Assembly (NCBI RefSeq): GCF_001194135.2
Contig: NC_068997.1
Location: forward strand, 51,308,296-51,372,295
Length of the DNA: 64,000 bases
Source: Octopus bimaculoides
Taxonomy: Eukaryota
Reading direction: 5' to 3'
Position 1 is the stretch's first letter. The number at the start of each line of letters is the position of its first letter. Made by a program: the position numbers and the translations under genes. This document shows positions 61,420-64,000 of this stretch, piece by piece. The notes under the pieces are model-generated. The model had not been told where the DNA came from. It did not search any database and saw nothing but the letters and a program-made list of their open reading frames with translations.

Positions 61420-61760
61420 ATTTACGTCAGACATTCTAGTGCTCCTGTTGCCTTGGTAACACTTTTCCATGGTACAAATACTCTGATGAATATGCTGACC
61501 TTGTTTCTTCTTTACGATACCCAGTTTTCCAGGGGTAAAAAGGTTCAAGAATGCAAGCAATGTACCCTTAATGATATATTGCACCCCTATTGCTTAGTAA
61601 AACTTATAAAAGTCACCAACTGTTTCAGAATACTTTTCATGTCTTGTAATTTTACCAAAAGTTCTCTCAGATTCTCTTGAAACTTTATCATAGAATTTTC
61701 TCAACTTTATTCAACTCACCTTCAAGCCTTTCATCTCTTAACAATTTTTTGATCTGACAT
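61420..61760 (-). pseudogene. Chapaev3/CMC-like transposase remnant
   Basis: Minus strand, with frameshifts: QIKKLLRDERLEGELNKVEKI..SFK...NF, GCNISLRVHCLHS and KQGQHIHQSICTMEKCYQG. These resemble GPQIRELM...EK.AW.SFK.V..NFLG, GCNMSLKIHFLHS and EHGERFHQDI..MEKRYQG as I recall them for this family. Confidence 0.7.
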
Positions 61761-61809
61761 GGAGTACAAAAAGTTGTGTGTAGCCATCAATTTCTATAAA
61801 TATCAAAAT

Positions 61810-62302
61810 TGCTGACAGTACCACCTGATTGGCACTCGTGCCAGTAGAACGTTAAAAGCACATCCGAGCGTGATCGTTGCCAGGGCCACAGATTGGCTCC
61901 CGTGCTGGTGGCATGTGAAAAGCACCATTCGAGCATGGTCATTGCCAGCATCGCTTTACCGGCACATGTGCCGGTGCCACATGTGCCGGTGCCACGTGAA
62001 AAACAACATTCGAGCGTGGTCGTTGCCAGTGCTGCCGGACTGGCTCCCATGCAGGTAGCACATAAAAAACATCTTTTGAGTGTGGTCATTGCCAGAACCG
62101 CCTGACTGGCCCTCATGCCGGTGGCACGTAAAAGCACCCACTACACTCTCAGAGTGGTTGGCGTTAGGAAGGGCATCCAGCTGTAGAAACTCTGCCAAAT
62201 CAGACTGGAGCCTGGTGCAGCTTTCTGGCTCACCAGTCCTCAGTCAAACCGTCCAACTCATGGCAGCATAGAAAGTGGATGTAAAACGATAATGATGATG
62301 AT
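61810..62302 (+). mobile_element. (GAT)n-tailed retroposon with several internal subrepeats
   Basis: Repeated cgagcgtggtcgttgccag / gtggcacgtaaaagcacc units and a tail ending aaacgataatgatgat. Confidence 0.85.
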
Positions 62303-63629
62303 AAAATTAAATTCAATATAAATTAAAGCCAATTGTATAGTTCAAATTAAATTGAAGACCTGAAAAACAAGAAAGAAATCAAATCTATCGCAGTTTCTGT
62401 TGTGTAGTTTCTGTTCCGTTGAAGATATCTGGATTTGAAACTGGTATACATTTTCATTCTGTGGGTGGGTACCCCACGTCAAAATGAATATATTTTTTTT
62501 GTGTGTATGTGGTGGGGTATCACAGGGCCTGAAACTAGTGAACTTTTTACTTTGAGGGTTGGTACCCTAATGTGAAGCTTGTGTATTTTCATACCCCCGG
62601 ATTTGAAATGAGTATAGTTTGTATTGTCTAAGTGAGTAGCTGAATCTGAAACTGGCGTAGTTTTACTTGTGTGAGCGGATGGGTACCTCAGAATTTGAAA
62701 CCGGTACACCTTCATTCAAAGCTGCTGTAATTTCTATTCTGTAAATACAGATTTCCTTTAGAGTAGAAGCAGATTTCAAAACAAAGAGAAAGCATCAAAA
62801 AATTGCCCTAAATCTCACAACCTATCTCTCATCATTTCTTCTTCCCTGAGTACCACCGCTGTAATTTGAACTGTCTTCTAGCTCTCACTGATGTCTCATT
62901 AAAACAGATCTTGTCACTTCCTCAGTTCTTTGCCCTCGCCCTAGTCTTTCCTCTACATCTCTCTCCCTCCCTCATCCTTTCCACACCTACCCCCAAAACA
63001 CACTTGAAGAAGCCCCTATCCAATTCAATACTTTCACACAGAATATTGTGTCATTTGTTGTTTTACAGTTTCTCATTTCATCTCCACCACCTCCGTTGCT
63101 ACACACGCTCTGTGATTATCATCTTTATGGTACCCTGTCTATTTATCTCTCTCTGTCTGTCTCTCTCTCCCACCTGCCCAATCTCTTTCTCTTGAACCTC
63201 ACTAGTGTCACTTTGCTATCATATAACCATCTGCTCCCTGTTATGTCAACAATATGTTACCTACTTACCGTCATCACTATCACAACCATCCTCATCACTA
63301 AATTAATCATTGCTCTCATCACCGTCAACATCACTATCATCATCACTGCTATCATCACCATTGTCAACATCGTCACCACCGTCACCACCACAGCAGCAGT
63401 GGAGTGACTGCAGTGGTCCAGCTCCCAAACGGCAGATAATTTCACCTCTCTACATTCTGAGTTCAAATTCTACCTGAGCCAAAATTGCTTTCCTCTCCTC
63501 AATGGTTGATGAAATAAATTCTTGCCAATGTAAGAGAACTTAATTCACTTCCCTATGTGCCCCCTCCTCCATTGCAGATAAATTGATTGATCTAAAGTTA
63601 AAAATTATTATTATTACCGTTATTAACAA

Positions 63630-63870
63630 TGGTCAACTGGCAGAATCGTTGGTGCACCAGGCATAATGCTTGACAGTGTTATGTCCATTTTTTACGTTCT
63701 CGGTCCAGATTGACCGAAGGTTGACTTTGCTTTCCATCCTATTGGGGTTGATAAAATAAAGTACTAGCTGAGCTTTCGGGCTTGATAAAATAAGTACCAG
63801 TTGAGCACTGGAGTTGATGTAATCGGTTTAGCCTCCTTCCCTGAAATTTCAGGCCTTGTACCAAAATTTT
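63630..63870 (+). mobile_element. SINE family B with internal duplication of ttgataaaataa(a)gtac
   Basis: ctggcagaatcgttggtgcaccagg...tttcaggccttgtacc. Confidence 0.7.
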
Positions 63871-64000
63871 TATTATTACTACCATTGCCTTAACGAAGGC
63901 AGCTGTATTGTTTTCAGTCATGTTTGTTTGTCCGTGGACAAGATGTCTCAACAATCACTGGATGGATTCGGATGAAACTTTCAGGGTTGTTTGGCCTCAT

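Noticed and set aside
63875-64000. Possible Helentron/HINE-like start (ccttaacgaaggcagctgtattg...gaaactttcaggg)
   Set aside because: It is truncated by the window end and the resemblance is from memory only, so I did not call it.

Overview
AT-rich, microsatellite-saturated eukaryotic DNA from a gapped draft assembly with many N-runs. The repeat families and (CA)n/(TA)n density fit an octopus (coleoid cephalopod); this is inference. The only protein-coding gene I can identify is WWOX (WW-domain oxidoreductase, SDR family) on the + strand: three internal exons at 50491-50686, 51643-51828 and 54510-54768 that join in frame through canonical splice sites and carry the NAG, VSSESH and YNNSK motifs. 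I did not find its WW-domain, GxxxGxG or final exons in the sequenced bases. The rest is intronic or intergenic repeat: tRNA-derived SINE families, a (GAT)n-tailed retroposon, piggyBac- and mariner-type MITEs, decayed mariner and Chapaev3-like transposases, R4/Dong-like and RTE-like LINE remnants, and mini/microsatellites. Almost all ORFs in the supplied track are microsatellite or N-gap artefacts. The most striking unexplained structure is a ~240-bp element made of a tRNA-like Pol III head, an (AAT)n linker and a minimal type I hammerhead ribozyme module of Penelope-like type. It has seven hammerhead copies here; one composite copy is flanked by a 12-bp target-site duplication and another forms a TSD-flanked inverted dimer. 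A second hammerhead-like family lies just inside one arm of a ~98%-identical 132-bp inverted repeat spanning 2.8 kb of a WWOX intron. Repeat boundaries are approximate unless stated to the base.
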